64,000 nt of DNA from Camelus dromedarius (lineage: Eukaryota): contig NC_087436.1 of assembly GCF_036321535.1 (NCBI RefSeq), forward strand, positions 97,094,001 through 97,158,000, read 5' to 3'. Of the stretch, positions 52,101 through 64,000 are shown in pieces. The position numbers and the translations under genes were made by a program. The notes below the pieces were generated by a model. It searched no databases. It was not told where the DNA came from and saw only the letters and a list, made by a program, of their open reading frames with translations. Position 1 is the stretch's first letter. Each line of letters opens with the position of its first letter.

Positions 52101-54185
52101 GTAACACCATAAAGTCCAACTTTTTCTTTTTCCTTTTTCTGGTTTTGGTTTTGGTTTTGGTTTTTGTATCTTATTTAAGAAATCTTTGCATACTGAAAGG
52201 TTGCAAAGATTTTCTTCTATTGTTTTCCAGAAGTTTTAGAGTTTTAGCATGAACATTTAGGCCTAAACTCCGTTTTAAGTTAATTTTTGTGTGTGGTATG
52301 AGGTAGGTTGATCCTCATGTCTCTTTTTCATTGAGCTGTCCAGTTGTTCCAGCAACACTTGCTGAAGAGGCTATCCTTCCCCCACTGACTTGCCTTGACA
52401 TGTTTTTTCAGAAATCAGTGGAACATAGATGTGTGGGCATTTATGTAGACTTTTTGTTTGATTCCATTGATTTACGTGTCTATACTTTCACCAATACCAC
52501 ACTAATCTGATTGTTGTAGTTACTCATAAAGTATAAAGCTTCCAATTTTGTCCTTTTAAATATTCTGACCATTCCAGGTTGTTTGTATTTGCATGTAAAT
52601 TTTAGACTCACCTTATTAATTTCTCCAAAGAAGCCCACTGGAATTTTGTTTAGGATTATGTTGACTCTATGTATCAATATGTGGAGAATTGACATTTCAA
52701 CAGTATTGAGTCTTCTAATCCGTGAACATGGAATATCTATCTATTTAGATCTTTACATTTTTTTCTCAACAATGTTTTATAGTTTTCAGTGTGTAGATCT
52801 TGTCCATATTTTTATAAGTTTACACCCTAATATTTCGTGTTTCTGTATGCTATTGTAAAAGTTGTGCTTTCAAACTATTTTTCCAGTTGTTCATTGCTAG
52901 TATTTAGAAAGACTTAATTTTTAAATATATTTCTCCCTATCCTGGGACCTTGCTAGATTGACTTAATAGTTTGAGAAGCTTTTTGGTAGACTTTTTTTTA
53001 GGATTTTGTATTGATTAGATACAGACTTCTTATAAGAGACCTTCCTTTCCAATCTGCATGCTTTTTATTTCTTTCACTTGTCTTACTGCACTGACTGCAA
53101 CCTCTGAAATAAGGTGAATAAAATTTGTGAATCCCACTTACTTGCCTTACTTCCAGTCTTAGGCAACGTGATTGTCTTTAATTGTTAATTATGATGTTAG
53201 TTTTTCATAAATGCCCTTTATTAGGTTGAGGAAGTATTTTTCTGTTCCTAGTTTGCTGAGAGGTTTTGTCATGAATGGATGTTGAATTTTGTCAGTTGGT
53301 TTTTCTGAATCTATTTTCATGAGAATGTGATTTTTCTCTTTTATTTTCTTAATTTGGTGAATTACATTGATTTTTCTGTGTTAAATCAACTTTGCTTTCC
53401 TGGGGTAAATCTCACCTAGTCATAATATATTATCCTTTTTAGATATTGTTGGATTTGACTTGCTAATATTTTGTTAATGATTTTTGCACCTCAAGTTCAT
53501 TAGGAGTATTTGTCTAACATTTATCTATTGTTTTATTTTTGACTGGTTGGATATCAATACTGGCCTTACAGAATGAATTAGGAAGTGGTCCCTCCTTCCC
53601 TATTTTCTGAAAAAATTTGTGTAGAATTGGTATGATTTCTTTCTTAAATGTTTGGTAGGATTCACCAGTGAAATATTTGGGCCTGGAGCTTTCTGTGGAT
53701 GGGTAGGTGATTAATTACTAAATTGAATTTTTCTAATAGATACAGGGATATTAAGATTTTCTGTTTATTCTTGTGTCATATTTGATAATTTGTACCTAAA
53801 GGAATTTTTCCATTTTATCTGTTATTGAATTAACATGTGACATAAAGTTTTTCTTTTCTTTATTTTTAAAAATAAATTTTATTTTAATTTTTAGTGGAGA
53901 TACTGGGGATTGAACCTAGGACCTCTTGCACACTAAGCATGCACTCTACCACTGAGCTGTTTCTGTCCCCCCAGGGTTTCTCTTAATCATCTATAATTTA
54001 GCCCCTTTAACGTTCATAGAAATTGTTTTGACATTGTGTCTTTGTCCTGATATTGGCAATTTGTCTCTTCTGTCTCTCACTTTTATTTCCCTTCCATGAG
54101 GTTTATCAGTTTTATCAATCTTTTCAAAGAACCATCTTTTAGTTACAGTGATTTTTGAATTTTGTCCATATTCTAGTTCATTGGT
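49180..54185 (-). mobile_element. Cluster of nested old L1M elements (ORF2 and 3' UTR remnants)
   Basis: T-rich antisense L1 text; translations such as KIPVGFFGEINK..LKF and WFFEKIDKTDKP resemble L1 ORF2. Confidence 0.85.
53880..53972 (-). mobile_element. Camelid-type tRNA-derived SINE
   Basis: tactggggattgaacctaggacctcttgcacactaagcatgcactctaccactgagct (antisense B and A boxes) with a T-rich tail. Confidence 0.8.
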
Positions 54186-54858
54186 TTCTATTCTTTTTAA
54201 AATATTCTTTCTTATAGTTACGTAGGTGTATGTATATATGTGTGTATGTATATGTATATACATATACATACACACACACATATATATATTTTTTAAGAAA
54301 GGTTAAGGACACTGTTCTGATCCTTACATTTAGATAGAAAAATAGAACTCGTTCATGTAGTAGTAGATTCATTACCCTCTGTTTCCACAGTGTTTTTCTC
54401 TGTCACTGCTGTTATGTTGTATTCTAATTAATTACCTGTAGTGTCTCCCTCCCAAGGCTGTAGGATCTTTGAGAAAAAGTCTTGTTTTATTTTCAAATTA
54501 TGCTCATGGAGCCAGACAAATTTTTGACTCAATATTACAAACCTAATGACCAAAAAAAAAAAAAAAACTATACAAATTCTTGGGCAAATATGATCATTTA
54601 CTTTTGTGAATTATAAATTATAAATTACAAGTGAGGAACAAACACTAGTGGGATCCAGTAAAACCACTTCCTTTAAGACTATTTAGAAAAACACATTTAT
54701 GGAATTTGGCCATTATATTTAATTAAAATTAAACTTATTTTTGAATATTGGTTTTTTTTACCCAAAAGAATATATGTGTCTCTAATTCTTTATTCAAGCT
54801 GGTAACATCTGTTTTTATGTATGTACTTTAACTTACCTATTTTTCCCTTTACTTTAAG

Positions 54859-54917
54859 CTATTTCCGTGAGAGAAGAAATGTTGCTACCTCAACTGGAAG
54901 ATCTGTGACACAGCAAA
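54859..54917 (+). CDS. ARAP2: ARAP2 coding exon 2
   Basis: tttaag/C...A/gtgagt; 59 nt; (S)YFRERRNVATSTGRSVTQQ; phases fit both neighbours. Confidence 0.93.
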
Positions 54918-56011
54918 GTGAGTCTCAGCATTTAAAGTCTGTAAATTAGTTAGTACTTTTTTGATAGCCTTACATGTGTTAAAATCACAGTCAAGAGGGC
55001 AGCCCCCCCGAGGAGGAGTGGGAATAACAGTCTGCTAGGGTTTATAGTACTACAGACTTTCAAAGGTGAGTAAATGAAAGACAGAAATGTACACAGAGAC
55101 TCCTGGAAATTTGTGCATGCCTATGGAAAAAGATTTTTTTCTACAGCCTTCATTTATCATTAGCTACAGTCGAAGGCATTTTAACTAAATTACGTGGTTT
55201 CTGACAGTCTGAGCTACAGGACGTAGATTTATGGAAAGTAATCTTGCCATGGTAACAGCAAAGGGCTTACATGGCTCTGATCAGTTGATTATTGACAGAG
55301 GCTGTTTGTTCTTTCTGAAAATTCTGCTTGTACAAGTTCAGGAATGTTCTTCCCAATGATAAGATGACAACACTTGGCTACTGAACCTTTAAAAAAATTT
55401 ACCACAGCAGAAAATGCAAGTGTTGAGAGTTCTTTCTTGTAGATTGGTGTAGCTCAGGGATGGTGGTAATTCTCTTGAAGTGATTTGTTTACAGGTGCTT
55501 TAGTATTTATGGAAATAGAGGGATTATATTAAGTGGATTCTGGCATTTTGAGTGCTATTAACATCTGATTATTATTCTAGTGAGCTTTAAATGGTCATTT
55601 GTTGGAAATTATAGTAGAATTAAGATTAATTTTCTGCCGTTAATACTATCCTCTTATTTAGGGACGAACATTATAAATGTGATATGACAGTTTCCACTCT
55701 GTGTGCGCAATGTGCTTAGTTATGTTAACATGGCTCTTAGAGGTTAGCGAGGACATTTTTGACACATCAAAAATGTGACTTTGAGAAACAGTGAGTAATA
55801 TGTCTTGGTTGGGAGGTGAGAGGTGTAGAGAGTGAGAAAACCATGGTAAGAGTTAGTTTGGGGGTAAGAATTAGCATATTTGGACACTCAGAGAATAAAG
55901 CTTTAAGTTGTCATATTGCTATAAAATAATTAAACACATGCTTTTTTTCTTTGAACAAAATTTCACATTATTCACATCTTTCCATTCTCATCCTATAATT
56001 CCCCCAAAAAG

Positions 56012-56088
56012 ATTCAAATGAGGAGAATTCATCTTTCATTTTACCTTATGGAGAGACCTTTCTCTTCCAGAGACTAGAAAATTCCAAG
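56012..56088 (+). CDS. ARAP2: ARAP2 coding exon 3
   Basis: aaag/AT...AAG/gttagt; 77 nt; (N)SNEENSSFILPYGETFLFQRLENSK. Confidence 0.93.
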
Positions 56089-56818
56089 GTTAGTCCCATA
56101 CATTTTAATTTTTTTCCATATTCAGTTCTTTGCTTTTCTGCCTATATATGCCTCTTCATTTTCCTTTAAGCTGTTTGAAGAATGTGTTATATTGAAGAAA
56201 GAAATTTCCAGTCAGTGAAATTCTGTTCAATAAAATAGTAAATTTATATCTTTAAAAATATATCATCAAAACACATTTCAGTTTGGATTTCAGACGTATA
56301 GGTTGGTGGGTTTGCAAAATTTTCCACAAGATATGTTACTTTTTTTTTTTAAAGAAAAACCCCCATAAAAAGCAAAAGCAAATTAACAAAAACCCCTAGA
56401 TTTTACTTTGCCTTATGCCCAAATATAGACAGACTTGTAACTCTTTGCAATCTTTGGAAACTGTAAATTATTCAACTTATTACTGAGTTTTTCCTCTCCA
56501 ATACTTGTGCTATTTTGATATATTTTTTTTCTTGATCATGATGAGAGAGAAGTTGAAAGACAAAAAGTAAGTGGGAAAGTAAAAGTAAATTTTATTCTTA
56601 GTATCATCTCTGTGCTTCTTAGCTGAAATGATATTATTAGTGATTTCAATAAAATATTGAAAAAGGACACCAAAAGGCTATATTTAATACAGTCTCCCCA
56701 GTTGTTTTTATTGACAATTGACCTAAACAATTAGACATGTATTTAATAAAACTAAGCTCAGATATTGTAGATCTTTGTAGAATATTACTACCCTAAAAAA
56801 AGTATATTTTTTTTATAG

Positions 56819-56910
56819 AAGAAATCTATAAGGAATGAATTTTGGACTCATGAAGAAACACTCAAAAGGGAAACAACTACTGAAAGAAACTCATTTTTTG
56901 TCAAATCAAG
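56819..56910 (+). CDS. ARAP2: ARAP2 coding exon 4
   Basis: ttttatag/AAG...AAG/gtacga; 92 nt; KKSIRNEFWTHEETLKRETTTERNSFFVKS. Confidence 0.92.
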
Positions 56911-58366
56911 GTACGAGGACATGATTGATGGTAATTGATTCTTTTGAATAAAACATTATGCAATGTTGAATTCTTGGTCATATTATATTTCTAAGAAAAT
57001 AGTTTACATTGGTAAGTTCCAAATCCCTTCTTTCTATCACAGCACTCATTTTAATAATTGAATTTAGAGTCTGTAAACTGATCATATGTTCTATAGCAGA
57101 TTATTTTTGTCTTTTCCTAGTTGAAACCACACTCTCCTCCCCAAAGTGGCAAACATGTGATGACCACGATTGCACCTTAAAAATGGAAGGTTATGTTAAT
57201 ATGAAGAAAGGGACAATGCACAAAATGTCAGATTTTTTTACAAATGTAACACATTCTTCTTATTAGAACTTCAGCATTGACGAGCAGCTTGAAAATTAGT
57301 TATTTGTATCACACATGAAATTAAACAGAATTCATAAGGCAGCAACTTAAATTTTATTTTTCCTCAGCTGTATTAAGACTTGGCATACTGCATCATTACC
57401 TGACATTCATCTTCTATTTTGTCCCTCATTTTTCCATGGCTAATGCTGTTGAGGGTTTCTTTAAGTTGAGACTAAATAATAGAATATCTTCAGTAAGCAT
57501 TTGATATGAAGCTATTACAATGCAAAATGTGGAGGAGACAAGGGTAAATCCTTCTTTAAGGAAGCATGGTTTTTAGAACACTGTGTCCAGAAGGATGTAA
57601 TCTGATGCCTAGGCATAGGCATATCTGTTTCATGGATTAGCAAAAACTTCTTTGTAATGATTTTTATTATACATTAATACATGGCTGAACGAATCTATTT
57701 TGTCATCCCTTAAATCTATATACGTAGACTTAGCGATGCCGTGTTCCAGTAAATGTTACATATTACACAGCTTTTACCTTCTGAATGTACCCTGGCCCTT
57801 TCTTGTTTTATAATTAGCAATGTGGGGCAGTTTTTCGTCATCATTGTTGCAAAATAATACTAAAGCTCTCACATGTCAGACGTACTCTTTTTTTCGTCAT
57901 GTTATGCTGGAGCATAGGGTCCTTGGAGTCAGTGGGGAGCCAGAGATGGGGCAAACATGTGGAAATAAGGTCTCCAAATAGACCAGGTAGTGTTCATGAT
58001 GTTGCCTATTAAGTGGCTGGCCACTTAGTGGTACGGGTGAAGATGTTTAAATTGTCATGCAAAAATATGGCCATCTCCATCCTACCACTGTACCAACCAC
58101 TAGAATAAACAGATCAGATTAAATGATACATAAGAAAAAAACACACTAGTTCTAGTAGTAGTCAAATATGTCTTAGGATAATGAGAGACTTCTATTTTTC
58201 TGGTCAAGAAGAGTTTTGAAAATTATCAGATGGGTTAATTGAACTCGTTAAGATTTTTCCTGGCCTTAAATTTCTGTGATCGATTGTTTAATAAACAACA
58301 AAAGTAACCGACAGCTTAAGTCACATACAGCGCTGGGAAATACCAACACCATTCTTTTCTGTTTAG

Positions 58367-58720
58367 CATATATGATAACAGGACGGAGAATATAAGTGAA
58401 GACAAGGTGGAAGATATTTGGATACCTCGAGAGGACAAAAGCAAACTTCCTGTAGACTCTGCTTCAGAATCAGAATATTCAACAGTAGAAGAATGCTTTC
58501 AGAGTTTAAGAAGAAAAAACTCAAAGCCATCTAAATCTAGGACTCAAAAAGCATCGAATTTGGACCCTGTTAATAGGCACAGTTATCCTCTAAGCTCAAC
58601 AAGTGGAAATACTGACTCATCAATCATTTCCTCAAATGTGATATCTCCCTATGCCTGTTTTTACGGCTCATCTGCAAGGAAGGTTAAATCAGGATGGCTC
58701 GACAAACTCTGTCCCCAAGG
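58367..58720 (+). CDS. ARAP2: ARAP2 coding exon 5 (leads into the first PH domain)
   Basis: gtttag/C...GG/gtatgt; 354 nt; IYDNR...SPYACFYG...VKSGWLDKLCPQG. The gene continues beyond the window. Confidence 0.95.
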
Positions 58721-58764
58721 GTATGTATTTATTCTTTTTTTTTTCTTAAGTGGCAATTTTTTTT

Positions 58765-58861
58765 CAGGGGGAGGTAATTGAGTTTTTATTTTATTTTTTT
58801 ATTTTTAGAGGAGGTACTGGGGATTAAACACAGGACCTTATGCATGCTAAGCATGTACTCT
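58765..58861 (-). mobile_element. Camelid-type tRNA-derived SINE (truncated)
   Basis: gggggaggtaatt...agaggaggtactggggattaaacacaggacctt..gcatgctaagcatg. Confidence 0.8.
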
Positions 58862-60741
58862 GTTAAGTGGCATATTTTTAAAAATTCAGATGTATCCATT
58901 TCTAAGCCTGCTAGGTTGCTGCTGCTCCTCCCCACCTCCTACACATACAGATAGAGTTTTTAGGGATTTTCAATACACTTTTGCAAATGCCATTGTTGGG
59001 ACAGTGAGGGACATGCACAGTGGCTGCATGGAATGCTGGGTTAAGGTTCTAAAGAGCAAATTAAAACCAAGAGTTACAATTTCACATCTAGATCCTTAAT
59101 GTTAGTTTCTAACTTTACACCAAAATGCTCTATCCTGTGTCTCAATTTGTAGCAAAGAAAAACAACACAGATGGAGTTAGTATTACTCAGTCCACACTGT
59201 TTGGCTTTTGCTCCTCTTATAACAGTGTTCTGTTTGGGAATACAAGGCTTATTGTAGTTGGGGGAAAGTACGTCATTGTTAGATTTTAGCCTTCACTGTT
59301 ATTGATATATTGTTTTGATTTTTGAATGTTGCACAAAAGGTCAGAGTCCCTTGAATATTATACTTTTAAAACAGATTTATCACTTCAGATGTGTACAAAG
59401 AAACTTCTGTCCTTAAGCATTTTATAGTACTGAGAAGTCTTTGGGGAGGCATTATATTTAATTAGAATTGTTTTCTGGCATCCTGAATTTTGAATGTCCC
59501 TTTGAAATATTTACTGGAAATGTTTCTCATGAATTATTAAATTATTTGGGGATTAAATCTCTCATGTTCAAGTAGTTGGTGTGGTGAGTCCCCGTAAGGT
59601 GCTGGTTTTCTCTACTCTTCCCCAGAAAAGGTGCATCATTTTTAGAAGCCTTGTTTTCACCTAAAATAATTTTTATTAGCAAAAAAATTACCAGAAGAAG
59701 CACCAGTTGACTAGTGGGAGCAGGAATTATATTTCGTAAGAAATCAAGAAAAAAAAAAAGCCCAACACTTTTGTGGTTAGTAATTGTATGGTTAATACTT
59801 TATAGAATTGCATCCCTTTGGCAAACTGAACCAGAGTTCTTCTTAGTATCACGTATTTTGTCTCTCTGCTTTCTGCTTTCTGGTTTCATTAGGACGACAA
59901 AATAGTCAGCTGTGTCTAGTTTTCATCAGTCATCAGTGTTATTGGTAAATGCATAGTCAGATTGCAAAGGGATGTGTCAGCCCTGAATATATACACTGTT
60001 GGAATGAAACAGTGAGCTGGAATAGTCTCAAACCTTTTGTTCCTGTAGGATTTAAATGTTTAGGGAGGTCCCAGTGCTCTTGCAAAGTACCACTGGAAGG
60101 CGGAACAGACTCTGGGTACAGAGCCCCCAGCAGCTGCGGTTTCCTATGTGATTTCTGGTGGTACCTCGCTCTCGACAGAGTTAGTATGTTTATGCTTCAG
60201 GCTCACTGAGAAAGCTTCTCCATTACTGGCCTCCTCTGGGACAGTTAGAACATTTTCCCTCTCTCTTTATCACAACTCTGACTTTCCATCCTTTCTATTT
60301 TAAGCCTGCCTCAGGTTAGAGGCTGTAAGTTTTCTAGATTTATAGTTTTCCATTTGAGGGAAAATAATTGAATTTTCTGGCTTCACAGTCTCTTTCCAAG
60401 ATACCAGGATGCAGATGGGAAGGTAAACAAAGGAGCTTGTTATATCACCAAAAAGTTTAAAGGCTCTTCTCTATGATTCTATTAACTACAACTTGAAAGA
60501 AGTATGTGCACCTGCCTCAGAAGCACGTATTTATTAAAGCACAAGTAGCACCTGCATCTTTCCTTTCCCTAATGAGACTCCGTAGGCCATGGTGAGAGTG
60601 TTTAAGATGCTTAGTAATTAGACAACTTGATGCCTACCCATTCCTTATGCAGAGATTGCTGAGCTTTGTATAATTCACGGTTGTACATCTCTTTGGTGCA
60701 GGTAGCACTGCTTTTGATCGCGTTCTAAATTCCACAGAGAA

Positions 60742-60950
60742 GGTATTAGCAAACTTTTTCTGCAAAGGGTCAGACATGAAATCCTTTGATCTGTACAGCC
60801 TTATGGTGTCTGTAGGAGATCAGCAACTCAGCAGTTGTAGCATGAAAACAGCCACAGAGAATATGTGCACTGATGAATAAGGCTGTGTTTCAATAAAACT
60901 TTATTTATCAATACATTTAAGAGGCCAGGTTTGGCTGATGGGCTGTAGTA
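60742..60950 (+). mobile_element. MER58-like hAT-Charlie MITE
   Basis: gcaaactttttctgcaaagggtcaga...caataaaactttattta...ggccaggtttggc...gggctgtagt. Confidence 0.75.
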
Positions 60951-63900
60951 GCATAAAACAGATTAAAGGGTTGGCTAAAATCTTACACCAGCTTCCTCCA
61001 TGTCCCTTGGGCCCCAGATTGAAAATTATAACTGATTGAATACAAAACAGTAAAGCTACTTTATTCTTCTATCAAATCTAGACATCATAAGAAGCAGGGT
61101 CCCTCTTTGGGGACCTCTACACTTGTTCTTTCTGCCTTGAATACTCTTACCCGGAGAGCAACATGACTTGTACCTTACCTCCCTCAGGTTCTTACTCTAA
61201 AGTCTCTTTTGCATTGAGGCTCTGAACTCCAAATTCAGTATTATCACTGCCCCTCTCCCCCATCCCTGCAACACTCCCTTAATTGTTTTTCTCATAGCTC
61301 ACACATTGGGTGACTGACTGACTTTATATCTGATCCATGGAACAGTCATGTCTATTGGCTCTTGTTTACTACAGCATCCTAAACAGCTGAAAGGTCGCCT
61401 GGCATGTGGTAGATGCTCTTAGTGTTTGTTCTTGAATGAATTTGTTAAAAATAACCCTAGCATTAGACATAGTACTTTCTTTAAATTTTTGTAAAACAGG
61501 TTGTTTTTTTAAAAAATTATAGGGATTTTGTAATAAAAACTAATTCTAAACACTGTACTGGTTAGAAATCTGCAGGTACCGTTGGTAGCACTGGTAAATA
61601 TGAACAGAGCAGTGGACTCTCAGGGTCCTTATTGAAATTCTGTTTCTGTCCTAAAGACATGTCCAAGTATTGTCAAAACAGAGTTTAAAAACAAATAATA
61701 GCTGTACTCAGTTATTCTTCCTATCTTTCTCCAAATAGTGTTTGAAACTGTCCTCAGTCATGAGTGACATTAAACAAAATAATCAGATTCATAATCTGGA
61801 TTTATTTCACATGACTGAGTGTCTATTTGCTTTTGAAATGGAAATGCCAATTCTGAATCAGTGCACAGTATGTAAAAACTGCCCACTATTTAGTAAGAAA
61901 ATAATTTTTAACACCATGCAACTAGAGAAATGTGGAAACATTTCCAATTGAGCTTAAAGTATGAAAATTTATGTAACTGTTAGAATGATCTAATTATAAT
62001 ATAGCCTGATACTATTGGTTTAAAAAATTGTATGGAAAAAACTTGATAAAATGTTGGAACTCGGGTCTGTTGTTAGTGTTTCAAACAGCCCAGGCAGATA
62101 TAAAACTTAATAAATGATACTTATTTTAGAGAATTCTCTGGGTTTTGCAGATTAATAAAACAAGATTCTCCCCTTTCCTACATGTAACTAAAAACCTCAA
62201 GCTCTTCAGCAAGTCTGAGTAGATGCAAATATGAAAGACTGGATAGAATTTATTCCAGCATTTCTTGACTATGTAACTCAGAGGACAAATCCTGTGAGTC
62301 GCTGTAAAGGAAAGAGAACATGGTTGATTGTGCCACATCCCTTCTAGGAGAAGCACATATTGAATATCCAAGAGTATCTGCAACTCGGAAACCCTTTCGA
62401 CTTTTTAACCTGTTTTCTAAAGATGTTTGTGTGTTCAGTATTAACACACAGAGCGTAGTTACAAAAACTGCACTGTATCTTGAGGAGTTCCTGTTTTACT
62501 TGACAAGATGATTTAGAACTTCTTTCTTACTCAGTTAAATTCTTTTTTAAAAAAAGTATTACTAATTTTTTTTTAACCATAGAGAAGCGTTGTGTGCCCA
62601 TGTGAGCCTGGGACAGCAGAAGCTGTTTGTATATATAATACATTTAAGAATTTATGAAAGAATATAAAGATGAGCAGGATGTGTTCCATGTCTTTTTTGT
62701 ATCTTCCACTTAGGGCAGAAAAAAATACAAATAAAAATACACTCAAAGACAAAGTATGGTAATTGATACAGAAGGGTCCACAGAGTACAGAATCATGACG
62801 TTACAGAGAGGTTGAGAAAACATTTCTTCTAAGATCTTCTAGGGAGGAGAAAGCAGTTGGAAAATGGGTACCATTTTAACTGGCGGTTTTAGATGAAATA
62901 CTTTTCAGGCGAGAGGGAGTGAAAGGGCATGGGTGTCGTGATATCTGAATGTCCTAAAGTCTGTGAGATATATAGAAGGGTAAGTTGAGGTTGTTTTATG
63001 GAAGATGCAGATCGGGCTGTAGGACCTGGAGGGAGAAACTGCCAGTGAATTGCATGTGCAGGTTGAAAGCCAGTGATCAAATCTCCAAAGAAAGGCTAAA
63101 TCCCAAACAGTGGTTGAGAGAGCACTCTGAAGCCAGTCCTGGGACTTGGTGGGACATCAGAGCTTCTGCTGTTGGTACCTTTGTCAGAGGCTGACTTTCC
63201 AGCCAGTGCCCAGAGTCTCCAAGGCTACCACAGTGGAGCGACTCCCCATCTGCACAGAAGCGTGCAAGTGCCTCAGATCTCCTGGGAATGCTGTCCTATG
63301 GCCAGGCTTTCAGTGCAAAGCAAATGTAGTGGAAACTTAACAAGTCTTTATCTGACCAAGGTGTTGTGTATCAATCACCTTGTGGAATTTAAACATTGAC
63401 TCTTAAATCTCTGATAAAGAGTGTCTTTTTGCCCATTTCTCAAATCACACATAACTTGTAAAGACTGTGTCAAGTGAATAAAAGTTTTGATATTTTATTT
63501 GCAATTTGAGGAAAAAAATTCTTAGTTTTAGTATTTATTAAAATAATATGGCTAATTTCCTTCAGTCAGTCTAGCTACAGAGAAGTGAATGAGGATTTCG
63601 AAATCAGACAGAAATTAGAATTGTTCATCTATCACTCATTCTCTCTGTGACTTAACGTCTCAGAACCTCTGTTTCCCACACGTAAAAGTGTAAGGGCAAG
63701 ACTTTCTCCATGGGATCAGTTGGAAAAGTAGGTAACATTGGGCCTGGCCACAGATCCCCCTAATTGGAGCTCAGTAAACCTCAATTTTCTTTCTTTTCAG
63801 AAGAGCACCATTTCATTTCAGGTGATCTTTGATAACATTACTGAAAGTGAGTTCTAGTCAATTCTTACCGTGGCAACCATAAAGTAAAGAAATCATGTGT

Positions 63901-64000
63901 TTACATTGAATATTTAAAGTTTAGTTTTTTTGGTGGTTATAAAACCACGTGGTTTTAAGTGTCTGAAAGTTCTGCCTGACTTATTTTTAAAAAAATAGCT

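Noticed and set aside
58721..64000. Further ARAP2 exons
   Set aside because: No segment encoding the expected PH-domain continuation (KRMFQKRWV-like) was found; the region appears intronic.

Overview
Mammalian genomic DNA, probably camelid (judged from camelid-type tRNA-derived SINEs and young L1 3' ends). The right half holds the CpG-island promoter and first five coding exons of ARAP2 (+ strand), inside repeat-rich introns. The main finding is in the left half. About 2.4-24.1 kb is a heavily decayed endogenous paramyxovirus-like element carrying relics of all six canonical genes (N, P/V/C, M, F, H/G, L). It is broken into about 11 gene pieces, shuffled in order and orientation, with each protein region present roughly once. 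It is interrupted by MIR, L2, MER and LTR insertions, which suggests integration before the placental radiation. All viral assignments come from manual translation and by-eye comparison with measles, CDV, Nipah, Ebola and VSV proteins recalled from memory. No database search was run. Repeat boundaries and viral segment ends are approximate.
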